This document shows positions 10,062-19,831 of a stretch of 35,935 nt of DNA, piece after piece. Position 1 is the stretch's first letter. Each line of letters opens with the position of its first letter. The position numbers were made by a program, and so were the translations under genes. The DNA is from a virus (lineage: Duplodnaviria; Caudoviricetes): positions 1 to 35,935 of the IMG/VR virus record IMGVR_UViG_3300027710_000073; one strand, given 5' to 3'. The notes under the pieces are model-generated. The model was not told the DNA's origin. It saw only the letters and a program-made list of their open reading frames with translations, and did not search any database.

Positions 10062-11915
10062 CTAGAAGGTAATTGTTCCTGTTCCCGCCGTAAACCGATA
10101 AACTCTATATCCTGAACGGACTGGCTGATTATAGGTAAGAGTTCCAGGAATTGTTCTAATTGGTGCAAATGTATCTGGGTATGCAATCACAACAATACCT
10201 GCTGCTCCATTTCCAGAATTTCCAATATCTCTAATTCCACCTCCGCCAGATCCTGTATTTGCAATGGCATCTCTCTCGGAATTTGGAGTATCTCCATTGC
10301 CAGCTCCTCCTACACCACTAGCTCTACCAGTAGTTCCTCCAGAGTTATTATAGCAACCGCCTCCGCCTGCTGCATAAAATTGTGCTGTTCCTGTTATTGA
10401 ATACTGTAGTCCATTACCTCCGACTCCACCTGTTGATGCGGATGGACTATCTGATCCAGCAGATCCTGCTCCTCCGCCGCCACCGCCTGCCCAGTTTCCT
10501 CCTCTTCCTGCCCCGCCACTATTTCCGTAAGATGTAACTCCAGAATAAGATGACTGTGTTGCAGATCCTCCAGGTCTACCGATAGAAGAACTGTCTCCGC
10601 CACCGCCGCCTCCTGAACCTCCAGGTCTTCCCTGACCTCCAGTTATTCCATCATCCCCACTTGCTGGACGATTGCCAGAGCTGTGTGCTCCGCCGCCACC
10701 GCCTCCATTCGCAATTATTGAACCAAAATAAGATGGTGATCCATAGTTACCTGGATTTGCTGGGCTTTGTCCCGATCCCGAACCTCCTGAACCTACAGTC
10801 ACAAGATAATTTGAAGTGCTTAAACTATATGCGGCTCCATAAGATAATCCTCCTGCGCCGCCACCGCCTCCGACTTGTGCCCCACCGCCGCCTCCGCCTC
10901 CTACAACGAGAAGCTCTATTGAACTTGCTGCTGGCTGTGCGGTAATGCTTAATGATCTTGGAATAACGTTAACTCCATCATTTACGTTAATGACAAAGCT
11001 ATATGTAATTGAAGAAGATACAGATGGTAATGTGCCTGAAATTACTCCTGTGTTTGTATTTAAAGCTAGGCCTGAAGGTAATGCCGATCCGCTTGCTAAT
11101 GTATATGTTACAGAATCTGTATCTGTTACAGAAAGAGCTGTCGTAGAAATTGTTGTATTTCCTGTATATGTACCCAAAGATCCTGCGCTAGTTACCCACA
11201 CTGGAGCTGCATTTGAAACAAAACTAAATGTTCTAGAAATTACTGGGTTTAATCCATCAGTTGCATTAACCGTAAATGTGTAAGTTGTGTCAGACGATAC
11301 GTCTGGCAGGGTACCAGATATAACTCCATTTGAACTTAGTGTTACACCTGAAGGCAATGATGAGCCATTAGCTAAAGAGTAAGTTATTGTCGAGTCATCA
11401 GAAACAGATAGTGCGTATATAGTTGCATTTACCTGTTCAGCAAATGTTCCAAGAGATCCTGCTGGTGTTGTCCAAGCTGGATTATTATTTACATATAATG
11501 CATCTGGAAGCATGCCAAAAAGATTAGATGGGTTTGTAACTTTAATATCATATGGCTCATTTGCACCTGAAAGCCCCGTAAATGTAGCAGTTAGCTGAAC
11601 TAAGGAATTAAATGTTGTTGATGCAGCATCAACCTGAACACCATTTGTGCCAATTGCTGTTGCATATGCTCCAGATACAAAGTTAGTTCCAGAAATTGTA
11701 ATAACTCCAGAGTTCGTAGACTCTAAATAATTTCCAGTAATTGAAGATACTCCTGGAGTTTCTTGAATAATATTTTGCCAACCTGAAGCCTGTGTATAAA
11801 GCTCTAGTCTTGCAGCCTCACCATTTGAGTATAATTGACCAATTCCTGGATTAGCAGGACGTCCTGCTGTATTTCCAGACGGAATTCCTGAACCTGATGA
11901 TTTCTTAATAGCCAT
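10062..11915 (-). CDS. Glycine-rich adhesin/fibre with putative Ig (He_PIG-like) repeats, paralog 1
   Basis: Start reassigned to ATG 11915 (TAATG overlap). It has an RP..GQLY module, two SLPSGxxL...GVISGTLP repeats, a polyglycine domain and the C-terminus GYRVYRFTAGTGTITF. Confidence 0.82.
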   Translation of the reverse strand: MAIKKSSGSGIPSGNTAGRPANPGIGQLYSNGEAARLELYTQASGWQNIIQETPGVSSITGNYLESTNSGVITISGTNFVSGAYATAIGTNGVQVDAASTTFNSLVQLTATFTGLSGANEPYDIKVTNPSNLFGMLPDALYVNNNPAWTTPAGSLGTFAEQVNATIYALSVSDDSTITYSLANGSSLPSGVTLSSNGVISGTLPDVSSDTTYTFTVNATDGLNPVISRTFSFVSNAAPVWVTSAGSLGTYTGNTTISTTALSVTDTDSVTYTLASGSALPSGLALNTNTGVISGTLPSVSSSITYSFVINVNDGVNVIPRSLSITAQPAASSIELLVVGGGGGGGAQVGGGGGAGGLSYGAAYSLSTSNYLVTVGSGGSGSGQSPANPGNYGSPSYFGSIIANGGGGGGAHSSGNRPASGDDGITGGQGRPGGSGGGGGGDSSSIGRPGGSATQSSYSGVTSYGNSGGAGRGGNWAGGGGGGAGSAGSDSPSASTGGVGGNGLQYSITGTAQFYAAGGGGCYNNSGGTTGRASGVGGAGNGDTPNSERDAIANTGSGGGGIRDIGNSGNGAAGIVVIAYPDTFAPIRTIPGTLTYNQPVRSGYRVYRFTAGTGTITF

Positions 11916-12319
11916 TATATAAAACTCCATCCCAGGGTTGTGCCTGTATAAATAACTGTAGTTATTGCTTGGTTAACATCAATTATAGCATCTTCTGTTA
12001 AACCATTAATCTTATTTCCATTACGGGATAAGGTAATATTATTTGTTCCCGCCGTTCCTGTTGCATCAAAGATAACAATTTCTTGACCAAGTGTTGGGCT
12101 TGCAGGAAGTGTTAATGTTCTTGCTGCTGCTGTATCAACAAAATATCTGCGTCCCGCAACTAATGTTGTGTTTGCAGAGATTGCAAGATTTACTTCTTGC
12201 TTATATGAACCAAGAGCGGAATTAAGAGCAGTTGTATCTACATAGTCTGAAGGAAGAGCAGCTTGTACTCCAACATTTACCCATTCGGTTCCGCTCCATA
12301 CTTTAATTGTTTTAGCCAT
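11915..12319 (-). CDS. Small fibre adaptor protein
   Basis: Consists mostly of the ISANTTLVAGRRYFVDT...TLTLPASP...NITLSRNGNKING module also found at the C-terminus of 15787..17670. Confidence 0.75.
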   Translation of the reverse strand: MAKTIKVWSGTEWVNVGVQAALPSDYVDTTALNSALGSYKQEVNLAISANTTLVAGRRYFVDTAAARTLTLPASPTLGQEIVIFDATGTAGTNNITLSRNGNKINGLTEDAIIDVNQAITTVIYTGTTLGWSFI

Positions 12320-13923
12320 TATAGTGTAATAGTTCCTGTTCCCGCAGTAAATCGGTATACTCTATATCCTACACGAGTTGGAGTATCGTAAGTTAATGTG
12401 CCAGGAATTGATGTTGGTGCTGGATATGTATTTGGATAGGCAATTATAACAACACCAGATCCACCTCTTCTTTTAGCAGTAGTACCTTCTCCATCTCCAC
12501 CATTTCCAAGACCATCTGTTCCGTTAGATGTTGCACCATCTGGAGTATTATCTCCTCCACCTTTTCCGCCAGCAGCATAAATTACAGAAGTTCCAGTAAT
12601 TGAACTTGCTAATCCTGGGCCTCCATCTATTTGAGAACCATCTCCAGCAGTTCCGTTTGAACCTGCTCCTCCTGCTCCACCACCGCCGCCGCCATAAGAA
12701 GGAGCAGCGTTAGTAGTTGCATTTCCTCCAGGGAATCCTTGTCCAGTCGTTCCAGCACCACCGTATCCTATTTGTGACCATCCACCGCCGCCGCCGCCCG
12801 ATCCTCCAGCTAAGCCGTTGCTAGCTGCGCCGCCATTGTTCCAGTTTCCACCTCCGCCGCCGCCAAATGCGGTTAGGCCAAATGCTGTTGTGTCTCCTCC
12901 ATTATTTCTTTGCTGGTTGGTTGTAATTGCTGCTCCGCCAGTACCAATAGACAATGAAAAAGATCTAGATCCAGAAATATTATACGTGCCAGTTAAAAGT
13001 CCACCTGCACCACCACCGCCACCTACGTCCCATCCACCTGAGCCTCCGCCACCGACCATCAAATATTCAAACGATGTCAGCACTTGAGATGTTATGCTAA
13101 ATGTTCTTGGCGCTGCTGTATTTAATCCATCAGAAGCATTAACTGTAAATGTATAGGTTGTTGTTGAGCTTATATCTGGAAGTGTTCCTGATATAAGTCC
13201 TGTTGTGCTATTTAAAGTAACTCCAGAAGGTAAAGATGATCCACCTGCTAATGAGTATGATATTGTTGAGTCAGGGTCTGTTGCTGTAGCTGAAACAGAT
13301 ACAGAAACTTGCTCAATAAAAGTACCCAATGATCCCGCAGCTGTTTGCCAAGCTGGTGTTTGGTTTACATAAATAGCATCTGGTAAAAGTCCAAATAAAT
13401 TGGATGTGTTTGTAACCTTTAGGTCATAAGGCTCGTAAGCTGCAGAAAGTCCAGAAAATACTGCAGTGACAGATACAATAGAATTGACTGTAGTAGAGTT
13501 AGCGTTTACCTCAACACCATTTGTTCCAATAGCTGATGCTATTGCGCCAGTTGTAAAGTTAGTTCCTGTAATTTCTAAAGTATTTGTAGCACTTGATTCT
13601 AAATAGTTACCAGAAACAGAGACAACCCCTGGAGTTTCAGAAACAATATTTTGCCATCCCGTAGATGTATAAAGTTCTAGTCTTTTTTCTTCACCATTAA
13701 AATAAGGTGTACCAATCGCTGGACTTGCTGGTCTACCTGAACTACTTCCAAAAGGGATTCCGCTAGCCATATCTTGCCAGCCTGTAGTTGTATAAATCTG
13801 TGTTTTACCTATTGTACCGTTGTAATATATATCTCCAACTTCCGCCGTCGCTGGACGTTGGGCGGTGGTACCAGAAAGAGGATTCAAGTTAAAGATACCT
13901 GCTAGATCTCTTGCTTTACTCAT
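12319..13923 (-). CDS. Glycine-rich adhesin/fibre with putative Ig repeat, paralog 2
   Basis: MSKARDLA N-terminus, two RP modules, one Ig repeat, a polyglycine domain and the conserved C-terminus GYRVYRFTAGTGTITL. Confidence 0.82.
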   Translation of the reverse strand: MSKARDLAGIFNLNPLSGTTAQRPATAEVGDIYYNGTIGKTQIYTTTGWQDMASGIPFGSSSGRPASPAIGTPYFNGEEKRLELYTSTGWQNIVSETPGVVSVSGNYLESSATNTLEITGTNFTTGAIASAIGTNGVEVNANSTTVNSIVSVTAVFSGLSAAYEPYDLKVTNTSNLFGLLPDAIYVNQTPAWQTAAGSLGTFIEQVSVSVSATATDPDSTISYSLAGGSSLPSGVTLNSTTGLISGTLPDISSTTTYTFTVNASDGLNTAAPRTFSITSQVLTSFEYLMVGGGGSGGWDVGGGGGAGGLLTGTYNISGSRSFSLSIGTGGAAITTNQQRNNGGDTTAFGLTAFGGGGGGNWNNGGAASNGLAGGSGGGGGGWSQIGYGGAGTTGQGFPGGNATTNAAPSYGGGGGGAGGAGSNGTAGDGSQIDGGPGLASSITGTSVIYAAGGKGGGDNTPDGATSNGTDGLGNGGDGEGTTAKRRGGSGVVIIAYPNTYPAPTSIPGTLTYDTPTRVGYRVYRFTAGTGTITL

Positions 13924-13970
13924 TATTTGTTACCCCCGTTTTTATTTGCTATATCTCTGGCTTTAGACAT
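13923..13970 (-). CDS. 15-aa mini-ORF MSKARDIANKNGGNK
   Basis: Fills the whole intergenic gap, with TAATG overlaps at both ends; its N-terminus matches MSKARDLA of the next gene. Confidence 0.6.
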   Translation of the reverse strand: MSKARDIANKNGGNK

Positions 13971-15787
13971 TAGAATGTAATAGTTCCTGTTCCGCCTGTA
14001 AAGCGATAAACTCTGTATCCTGCCCGTGCAGGTTGATCATAGGTTAAAGTATTTGGAATATTTCCAATAGCAGCAAATGTATTTGGATAAGCAATTATAA
14101 CTGTTCCATCTCCACCCTTTGCTCCAATGCCAGTATTAGATGTTGATCCACCACCGCCTCCGCCGCCAAGACCGTCTGTTCCTGGAGAACCATTTGTAGC
14201 GGCTCCTGAACCGTTATATTCCTGTCCACCGTTACCACCGCCTCCGAGACCGCCAAATCCACCTATTGCATTTCCAGCACCGTCTCTGTTATCTCCCGCT
14301 CCTCCGCCGCCTGCGTAGTATGTAGACGTTCCAGTAATTGAGTATTGCAATCCAATACCACCATTAATTCTTGTATTATCTGCAGCGTCAGTTCCTTGTG
14401 CTCCCGCTCCTCCGCCGCCTCCTGGAGCTCTACCAGCTCCACTTGATGCTTTTCCATTTCCTCCACGGAATCCTTGTCCCGAAGTAGGTGATCCGCCAGT
14501 TGCTCCGTCACCATAAGAAGCTCCACCTCCAGAACCACCTGAAGCACCACTCTTACTATTTTCTGATCCTCCGCCGCCTCCGCCGATTGATGTTAAATTA
14601 GCAAACACTGAGTTGTTTCCGTTAACGCCCTTAAAAGTATCATCTGTAGAACCAGCTCCTCCAGTACCTACTGTTACTAGCGCCTGATTAGATGCTAAAG
14701 CATAAGAAGCAGAGTAAATTAAGCCTCCCGCTCCTCCGCCGCCAGCTCTATCACAACCGCCACCGCCTCCTCCTGCAACAACTAATGCTTCAATTGCTGT
14801 TGGAATAGGATTTGAAATTATACTAAAAGATCTTGATATTGAAGGGTTAACTCCATCAGATAAATTAACCACAAAATTATATGTTGTTGGTGTAGATATA
14901 GTTGGCAATGTTCCTGAGATTAATCCTGTAGATCCTAAAGTTACTCCAGATGGTAGAGATCCGCTAAGTAATGAATAGGACAAAGTATTTGAAGGATCTG
15001 TTGCTGAAAGCTGTATATTTAAATTAGTTCCTGAGCTGAACTCGCCGAGTGTTCCTATTGCTGTAACCCATGTAGGCGCAGCATTAGAAGCAATACTAAA
15101 TGTTCTTGGAACTACTGGGTTTAAGCCGTCTGAGGCATTGATTGTAAAAGTATATGTTGTATTTGCTGCAATGTCAGGCAGTGTTCCTGAAATTAATCCT
15201 GTTGCTGAGTTTAAAGTTACTCCTGATGGAAGAGATGATCCATTTGCTAGAGAGTATGTTATTGTTGAATCATCTATTGCTATTGCAGAAACAGATACAG
15301 AAACTTGTTCTCCAAATGATCCAAGTGCACCTGCTGCTGTTTGCCAGTTAAGTATGTTATTGACATAAACAGCATCTGGCAATATTCCAAACAAGTTTGA
15401 AGTATTTGTAACCTTTATATCGTAAGGCTCGTTAGCTGACAAAAGGCCAGTAAAAGATGCAGTAACGGAAACAATAGAGTTTACAGTAGTTGATGTAGCA
15501 TTTATTTCAACTCCATTTGTACCAACAACTGAAGCAATTGCCCCTGTTGTAAAATTAGTTCCTGTAATTTCAAATGTAGCTGAGCCGACTGATTCAAGAT
15601 AATTACCTGATACAGAAACAACGCCTGGGGTTTCTGAAACAATATTTTGCCAACCACTGGCAGTGTAAAGCTCTAAACGCTTTTCTTCTCCGTTAAAATA
15701 AGGCTGTCCTATCATTGGGCCTGACGGTCTATTGGCTGTATTGCCAAATGGAGTTCCACCAAATTGTGATGTTCTAATATCTCCCAT
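13970..15787 (-). CDS. Glycine-rich adhesin/fibre with putative Ig repeats, paralog 3
   Basis: Start reassigned to ATG 15787 (TAATG overlap); same architecture as paralogs 1 and 2, ending GYRVYRFTGGTGTITF. Confidence 0.82.
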   Translation of the reverse strand: MGDIRTSQFGGTPFGNTANRPSGPMIGQPYFNGEEKRLELYTASGWQNIVSETPGVVSVSGNYLESVGSATFEITGTNFTTGAIASVVGTNGVEINATSTTVNSIVSVTASFTGLLSANEPYDIKVTNTSNLFGILPDAVYVNNILNWQTAAGALGSFGEQVSVSVSAIAIDDSTITYSLANGSSLPSGVTLNSATGLISGTLPDIAANTTYTFTINASDGLNPVVPRTFSIASNAAPTWVTAIGTLGEFSSGTNLNIQLSATDPSNTLSYSLLSGSLPSGVTLGSTGLISGTLPTISTPTTYNFVVNLSDGVNPSISRSFSIISNPIPTAIEALVVAGGGGGGCDRAGGGGAGGLIYSASYALASNQALVTVGTGGAGSTDDTFKGVNGNNSVFANLTSIGGGGGGSENSKSGASGGSGGGASYGDGATGGSPTSGQGFRGGNGKASSGAGRAPGGGGGAGAQGTDAADNTRINGGIGLQYSITGTSTYYAGGGGAGDNRDGAGNAIGGFGGLGGGGNGGQEYNGSGAATNGSPGTDGLGGGGGGGSTSNTGIGAKGGDGTVIIAYPNTFAAIGNIPNTLTYDQPARAGYRVYRFTGGTGTITF

Positions 15788-17670
15788 TATCCAACCTTCC
15801 ATCCATAAGTAGTTCCAGTATAAAGTAATGTATACCAGCCACCATTTGTATCTATAATTAAATTATTTAGCCCGCCGTTTATTTTATTGGCATTCCGTGC
15901 CACAGTTATATTATACGTTGAAGCGTTTCCTGAAGCATCTACTATCTGAATCTCATCATTTAGCGCAGGTGACGCTGGAAGCGTCAATGTTAGCGCTGAT
16001 GCTGATGTAACAAAGTATCTCTTCTTTGCTACTAATGTAGTATTTGCTGAAATTGATAATGGGGCAACTGAGGTATTTGCAGCTAGTAGGGCATTTACTT
16101 CTGACTGTGTATAGGTATTTACTGAATTAGCTCCAGTTACTGAGACTATTTCGATTACATCTGATGCCGCCGCCGCCGATGCTAAAGTTACCGTATTGCT
16201 GTTTGATGTTGTATAGTCGGTGGTCTTAACAAGAAGAAGACCGTTCATAAAGATCTGCTCAAACCCATCAATGAATGGAAGGTCGGCAGTAAATACTGTT
16301 TGTCCTGCAGTTGCAGTAATTGCCTTACGGCGAATAATATTAGAATCAAATGTAGTTACATTTTCATCTGAATCAATCCAGATCTGCCCAACGGCAGGAG
16401 ATGATGGGGCAGATGTTTGATATAGAGCACCTGGCTGAACATTTGCATCGATTTCAGACTGAACAAATTCTGTAGTTGCAACCTGTGTTGTGTTTGCTCC
16501 AGCTGTCGGAGTGATTGTAAACATAGCTCCAGATGCATCAACTTTAGATAGTATTGTTCCTGTTGAATTTTGCCACTCTTGAAGGTTGGCTGCCTGAGAG
16601 GCTTCACCCTTAATAATTACTCCAACATTTGCTGCCGCTCTTGTTCCAACAAGCATTGCGCCTAGTGTCGAATTAAAGTTTATATATGATCCCAAATCAG
16701 TTGGAGATGCAAAGGCACCTGATTTTATTGTTCCACCGTTTGAGACGGTAGCTAAAACAATTCCACTACTATTTTGCCACTCTTGAAGATTTGCAGTTTG
16801 TGAGGCAAATCCTCTTACAACTGAACCAATAATTCCAGCCGATGTAGGTATTGCAGTAAGTGCTCCTAAAGAGGTTGAAATAGCTCCAGCAGTAATTGAA
16901 ACTGCTGAATATATTCTTCCAGTTCCAGTTACTTGTGCAAGTGTAGATGAAAGATTATTTTGCCATAGAGTTAATGCCCCTCCTGAGTTTTGAGAAACAG
17001 CCCCCTTAATAATAAGCCCATTATTAACAGAGCTACCAGTATTAATTGTCTGAGGGCCAACTGTAAAAGTATTAGCAGAAGATATAGAAGCTTTATCAGA
17101 CAATGCTGTAGTAATTGTTGCAGCATATGATGCATCATCATTAATTGCTGCCGCTAATTCATTTAGAGTATCTAAGGCTAATGGAGCGCCATCTACTAAA
17201 TTGCCTAATTGAGATAATGGGATACGTGAATTTGCATCAAGTGTTGCAATTCCATCAGCTTGTCCAACTTCTGAAACTGGGACATATGTTGATGCTGCTG
17301 TGCTTCCTAGATTTGATACTGCTGTATCGACATAGGTCTTTGTAGCAATTGTGCTATCTGTTGAAACTGTAATTGTATTTGCTACGTTATTAGGAGTTAC
17401 TGTGATCCCGCCGCTTCCTGTTAATGCGGTTCCAATAGCATTTCTAGCTTCTTCGTCTGTATATCCTGCTACTGGGTTTGTCTCTAATTGCTTTACTCTA
17501 TAATCAAGGCTTGTTGTAACCGCCGAGTTATTGACACCGACCTTTTCTTCAAGTTTCTCAATGGCATCATTTAGATTCGCATGCTGAGAAGCATGAGAAG
17601 GATTGTTTACTGGGTCGGAACCTGCAGGATTTGTAAGGTTATCCAACGAGGTAGGGAAATTAGTAGCCAT
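15787..17670 (-). CDS. Modular tail-fibre protein
   Basis: Start reassigned to ATG 17670 (MATNFPTSLDNL), with AGGAG upstream. It has an APLALDTLNELAAA module, ANLQEWQNS repeats, a TQVATTEFV motif and a C-terminal ISANTTL module. Confidence 0.82.
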   Translation of the reverse strand: MATNFPTSLDNLTNPAGSDPVNNPSHASQHANLNDAIEKLEEKVGVNNSAVTTSLDYRVKQLETNPVAGYTDEEARNAIGTALTGSGGITVTPNNVANTITVSTDSTIATKTYVDTAVSNLGSTAASTYVPVSEVGQADGIATLDANSRIPLSQLGNLVDGAPLALDTLNELAAAINDDASYAATITTALSDKASISSANTFTVGPQTINTGSSVNNGLIIKGAVSQNSGGALTLWQNNLSSTLAQVTGTGRIYSAVSITAGAISTSLGALTAIPTSAGIIGSVVRGFASQTANLQEWQNSSGIVLATVSNGGTIKSGAFASPTDLGSYINFNSTLGAMLVGTRAAANVGVIIKGEASQAANLQEWQNSTGTILSKVDASGAMFTITPTAGANTTQVATTEFVQSEIDANVQPGALYQTSAPSSPAVGQIWIDSDENVTTFDSNIIRRKAITATAGQTVFTADLPFIDGFEQIFMNGLLLVKTTDYTTSNSNTVTLASAAAASDVIEIVSVTGANSVNTYTQSEVNALLAANTSVAPLSISANTTLVAKKRYFVTSASALTLTLPASPALNDEIQIVDASGNASTYNITVARNANKINGGLNNLIIDTNGGWYTLLYTGTTYGWKVG

Positions 17671-17679
17671 ATCTCTCCT

Positions 17680-17688
17680 ATTATACCC
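17680..17688 (-). promoter_or_regulatory. -10 promoter element
   Basis: GGGTATAAT, 9 nt before ATG 17670. Confidence 0.5.
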
Positions 17689-17709
17689 CAAATGGGTTCC
17701 TGAATTAAG

Positions 17710-17913
17710 TTACTCTTCCCTTAGTATATCATTAGATAGTTTAATGGCGGCAAGCCGAAATTTAAAGTCTGGCTTCTCTTCCATCTTAGAAAGAGTCTCC
17801 ATATCATCTGCTAGGGAATGCAGTAATTCTGATATAGGGCCTTCAATTGCTTGTGCCGCTTCTCTTACTATAAAGTAATCATGAAAAGGTGGTGGCAAAA
17901 CTTGATCTGACAT
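17710..17913 (-). CDS. Hypothetical protein (67 aa)
   Basis: Likely start ATG 17913 (MSDQVLPPPF), 2 nt after the upstream stop. Confidence 0.6.
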   Translation of the reverse strand: MSDQVLPPPFHDYFIVREAAQAIEGPISELLHSLADDMETLSKMEEKPDFKFRLAAIKLSNDILREE

Positions 17914-17915
17914 AT

Positions 17916-18203
17916 CTATCCTACAAAATGTTTTACTATTGCTGCCGTCGCAAGAATAGACCATCCGATATTAAAGTAAATAATGGTCGGAAGGGTTTTA
18001 ACTGTTGAAGTCAATATAAGGGCAAGGCTGGAAATCAAAGCAAATAAATACAACCACCAAACCTGGACCCCGAATAAAAGTCCAGGAAAGATGATTGCAA
18101 GCTTTGTACTAAATGCCCAAAACTCAATTGTGTTTGTTTTGTTCCAGTAAGACTTATGCCCTAACTGTTTAGTTACTTCAACAATCTCATTAGGCTTTAT
18201 CAA
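17916..18203 (-). CDS. Small multi-pass membrane protein
   Basis: Likely TTG start at 18203 overlapping the halogenase end; about three hydrophobic segments (LAIIFPGLLFGV, WWLYLFALISSLALIL, IIYFNIGWSILATAAIV). Confidence 0.65.
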   Translation of the reverse strand: MIKPNEIVEVTKQLGHKSYWNKTNTIEFWAFSTKLAIIFPGLLFGVQVWWLYLFALISSLALILTSTVKTLPTIIYFNIGWSILATAAIVKHFVG

Positions 18204-19782
18204 GGTGAATATTTTCTTTAAGCCATTGGTACATTGTAGGAGACGCATCTGCTTCCTCCTGCCAAAGTTTACGGAATATATCCCATGTCTTCCATGTGTC
18301 TTTGGTGTACTCATAATAGTCAATGCCATCATAATGTTCCCAGCGATCTATGGTATCTTTATTTACTGGGAAGTAATTAAGACCTGTAGCAATACAGTGG
18401 ATTCCACCTACCCCGTCGTATCTTTGACGGTTAATGTGGATATCTGCAAGATCATTAAATCCTACAATCATTGATGGCTCTAAGGATGGAACTTGTGGCT
18501 GGAATGTCTTATCTGTAACATCTCTCCAATATTGGGTATCTGTTCTATTTGATAAAGCATAATGTTGTGCGACAAATTCTTTAAATCCCAAGTATTGACG
18601 ACGAGTCATAGAGTTATATGCATCCCTATCCCATTGAGTAACTGTTCCTCTTGATAATGTCTTTACGAGCTTATCTAGGAATTCATGGACTGTAAATAGA
18701 CCATTAGATTCTAGTGGCTCAATGAATCCCGCTGCAAATCCAATTGCCACAACATTCTTAACAAATGTACGCTCATGGATTCCAACTCTAAACTTAATAT
18801 ATTTGTATTCTAAGGCATCAACATCACGATCTGGATTATGAATAGTCATCTTATCTGAACGTAGATGATCCTTAAATTCTTGTAGGGCATCTTCCTTAGA
18901 TACGTGCTTATCGCTAAATACATATCCTGTTCCGATTCTTTCCCATGATGGAATATTCCATACCCAACCATTATTAATGGCGGTACAGTTAGTATAAGGT
19001 TCCATTTCCTTTTCTTTATCAGTGTAAGGAATACGAGTGGCCCATGCGCTGTTATTTGGAAGCATATGTCCAAAGTCATTCCATGGCTCTTCTAGTGCTC
19101 CTTCAAGAAGCATAGACTTAAATCCTGTACAGTCAATAAATAGATCTGCTGTAACAAGTGAGCCATCTGTTAATACTAAAGACTCAATTCCCGACTCATT
19201 TGTATTTACTGATTCTACTGTTTGAGGAATTACTGTAACTCCCCGAGGAACACAATAGTTATTCTTTAGCCATAGGCCGAACTTTGTAGCATCAAAATGA
19301 TAGGCTACATCTTGCTTAAAGTTAAAGTTACCAAGCTTGCCTGATTCATTCCAAGACAGCTTGTTTTCTTCCGCCAATGTAAGGGCAGGGAAAAATGTAC
19401 GAGCATAATCTGCTACATCTAGATCTGGGAATTTAGCCTTCTTTACATACCAGTCATTAAGGCCATTTACTGTTCCATCTGTAAATACTTTACCAAATGG
19501 ATAATGGAATCCGCCTGCATCTTTCTTATAGAAATCTGTAAACTTAATAGACATTTTGTATACGGCATCTGTTGCTGGCATAAAGTCTTTTTCATCAATG
19601 CCAATCCAATTAGCCCATCCAGTTATCCCGCCAAGTGTTGATTCTCCAACACCTACAGTCGGGTAATCTGGGGATTCAATTACAACGATTTCTTTATCTG
19701 GGAATGCTCTTACCATTGTTGCAGCAGACATCCATCCAGCGGAACCCCCGCCAACTATTACTATCTTATTTAAATTAATCAT
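18190..19782 (-). CDS. Flavin-dependent halogenase (tryptophan halogenase family, PrnA-like)
   Basis: FAD-binding GGGSAG, GVGEST, a catalytic-Lys region AVYKMSIKF, AYHFDA, FIDCTGF, the WxWxIP motif WVWNIP and FIEPLESNG; 530 aa and intact. Confidence 0.93.
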   Translation of the reverse strand: MINLNKIVIVGGGSAGWMSAATMVRAFPDKEIVVIESPDYPTVGVGESTLGGITGWANWIGIDEKDFMPATDAVYKMSIKFTDFYKKDAGGFHYPFGKVFTDGTVNGLNDWYVKKAKFPDLDVADYARTFFPALTLAEENKLSWNESGKLGNFNFKQDVAYHFDATKFGLWLKNNYCVPRGVTVIPQTVESVNTNESGIESLVLTDGSLVTADLFIDCTGFKSMLLEGALEEPWNDFGHMLPNNSAWATRIPYTDKEKEMEPYTNCTAINNGWVWNIPSWERIGTGYVFSDKHVSKEDALQEFKDHLRSDKMTIHNPDRDVDALEYKYIKFRVGIHERTFVKNVVAIGFAAGFIEPLESNGLFTVHEFLDKLVKTLSRGTVTQWDRDAYNSMTRRQYLGFKEFVAQHYALSNRTDTQYWRDVTDKTFQPQVPSLEPSMIVGFNDLADIHINRQRYDGVGGIHCIATGLNYFPVNKDTIDRWEHYDGIDYYEYTKDTWKTWDIFRKLWQEEADASPTMYQWLKENIHLDKA

Positions 19783-19831
19783 GATTATCTATTCTACTAG
19801 TTTTAACAGTAATTTGCTGTCAAAATCAAAA

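Noticed and set aside
13923-13970. Programmed -1 frameshift fusing the mini-ORF to the downstream fibre
   Set aside because: T AAA AAC and C GGG GGT do not fit a full X XXY YYZ slippery heptamer, and a fusion would only duplicate the N-terminal motif.
10062-15787. Possible diversity-generating retroelement TR/VR among the similar 3' ends of the three adhesins (an Mtd_N-like domain is also nearby)
   Set aside because: Differences are mostly synonymous and involve all bases rather than being adenine-specific; no non-coding template repeat or reverse transcriptase is in the window.
17916-18332. N-terminally extended ORF-track starts (18332, 6420, 11930, 15802, 17691, 17964, 20201, 35016, 35452)
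   Set aside because: They overlap upstream genes or promoters; downstream starts coincide with TAATG/ATGA coupling, SD sequences or leaderless promoters.
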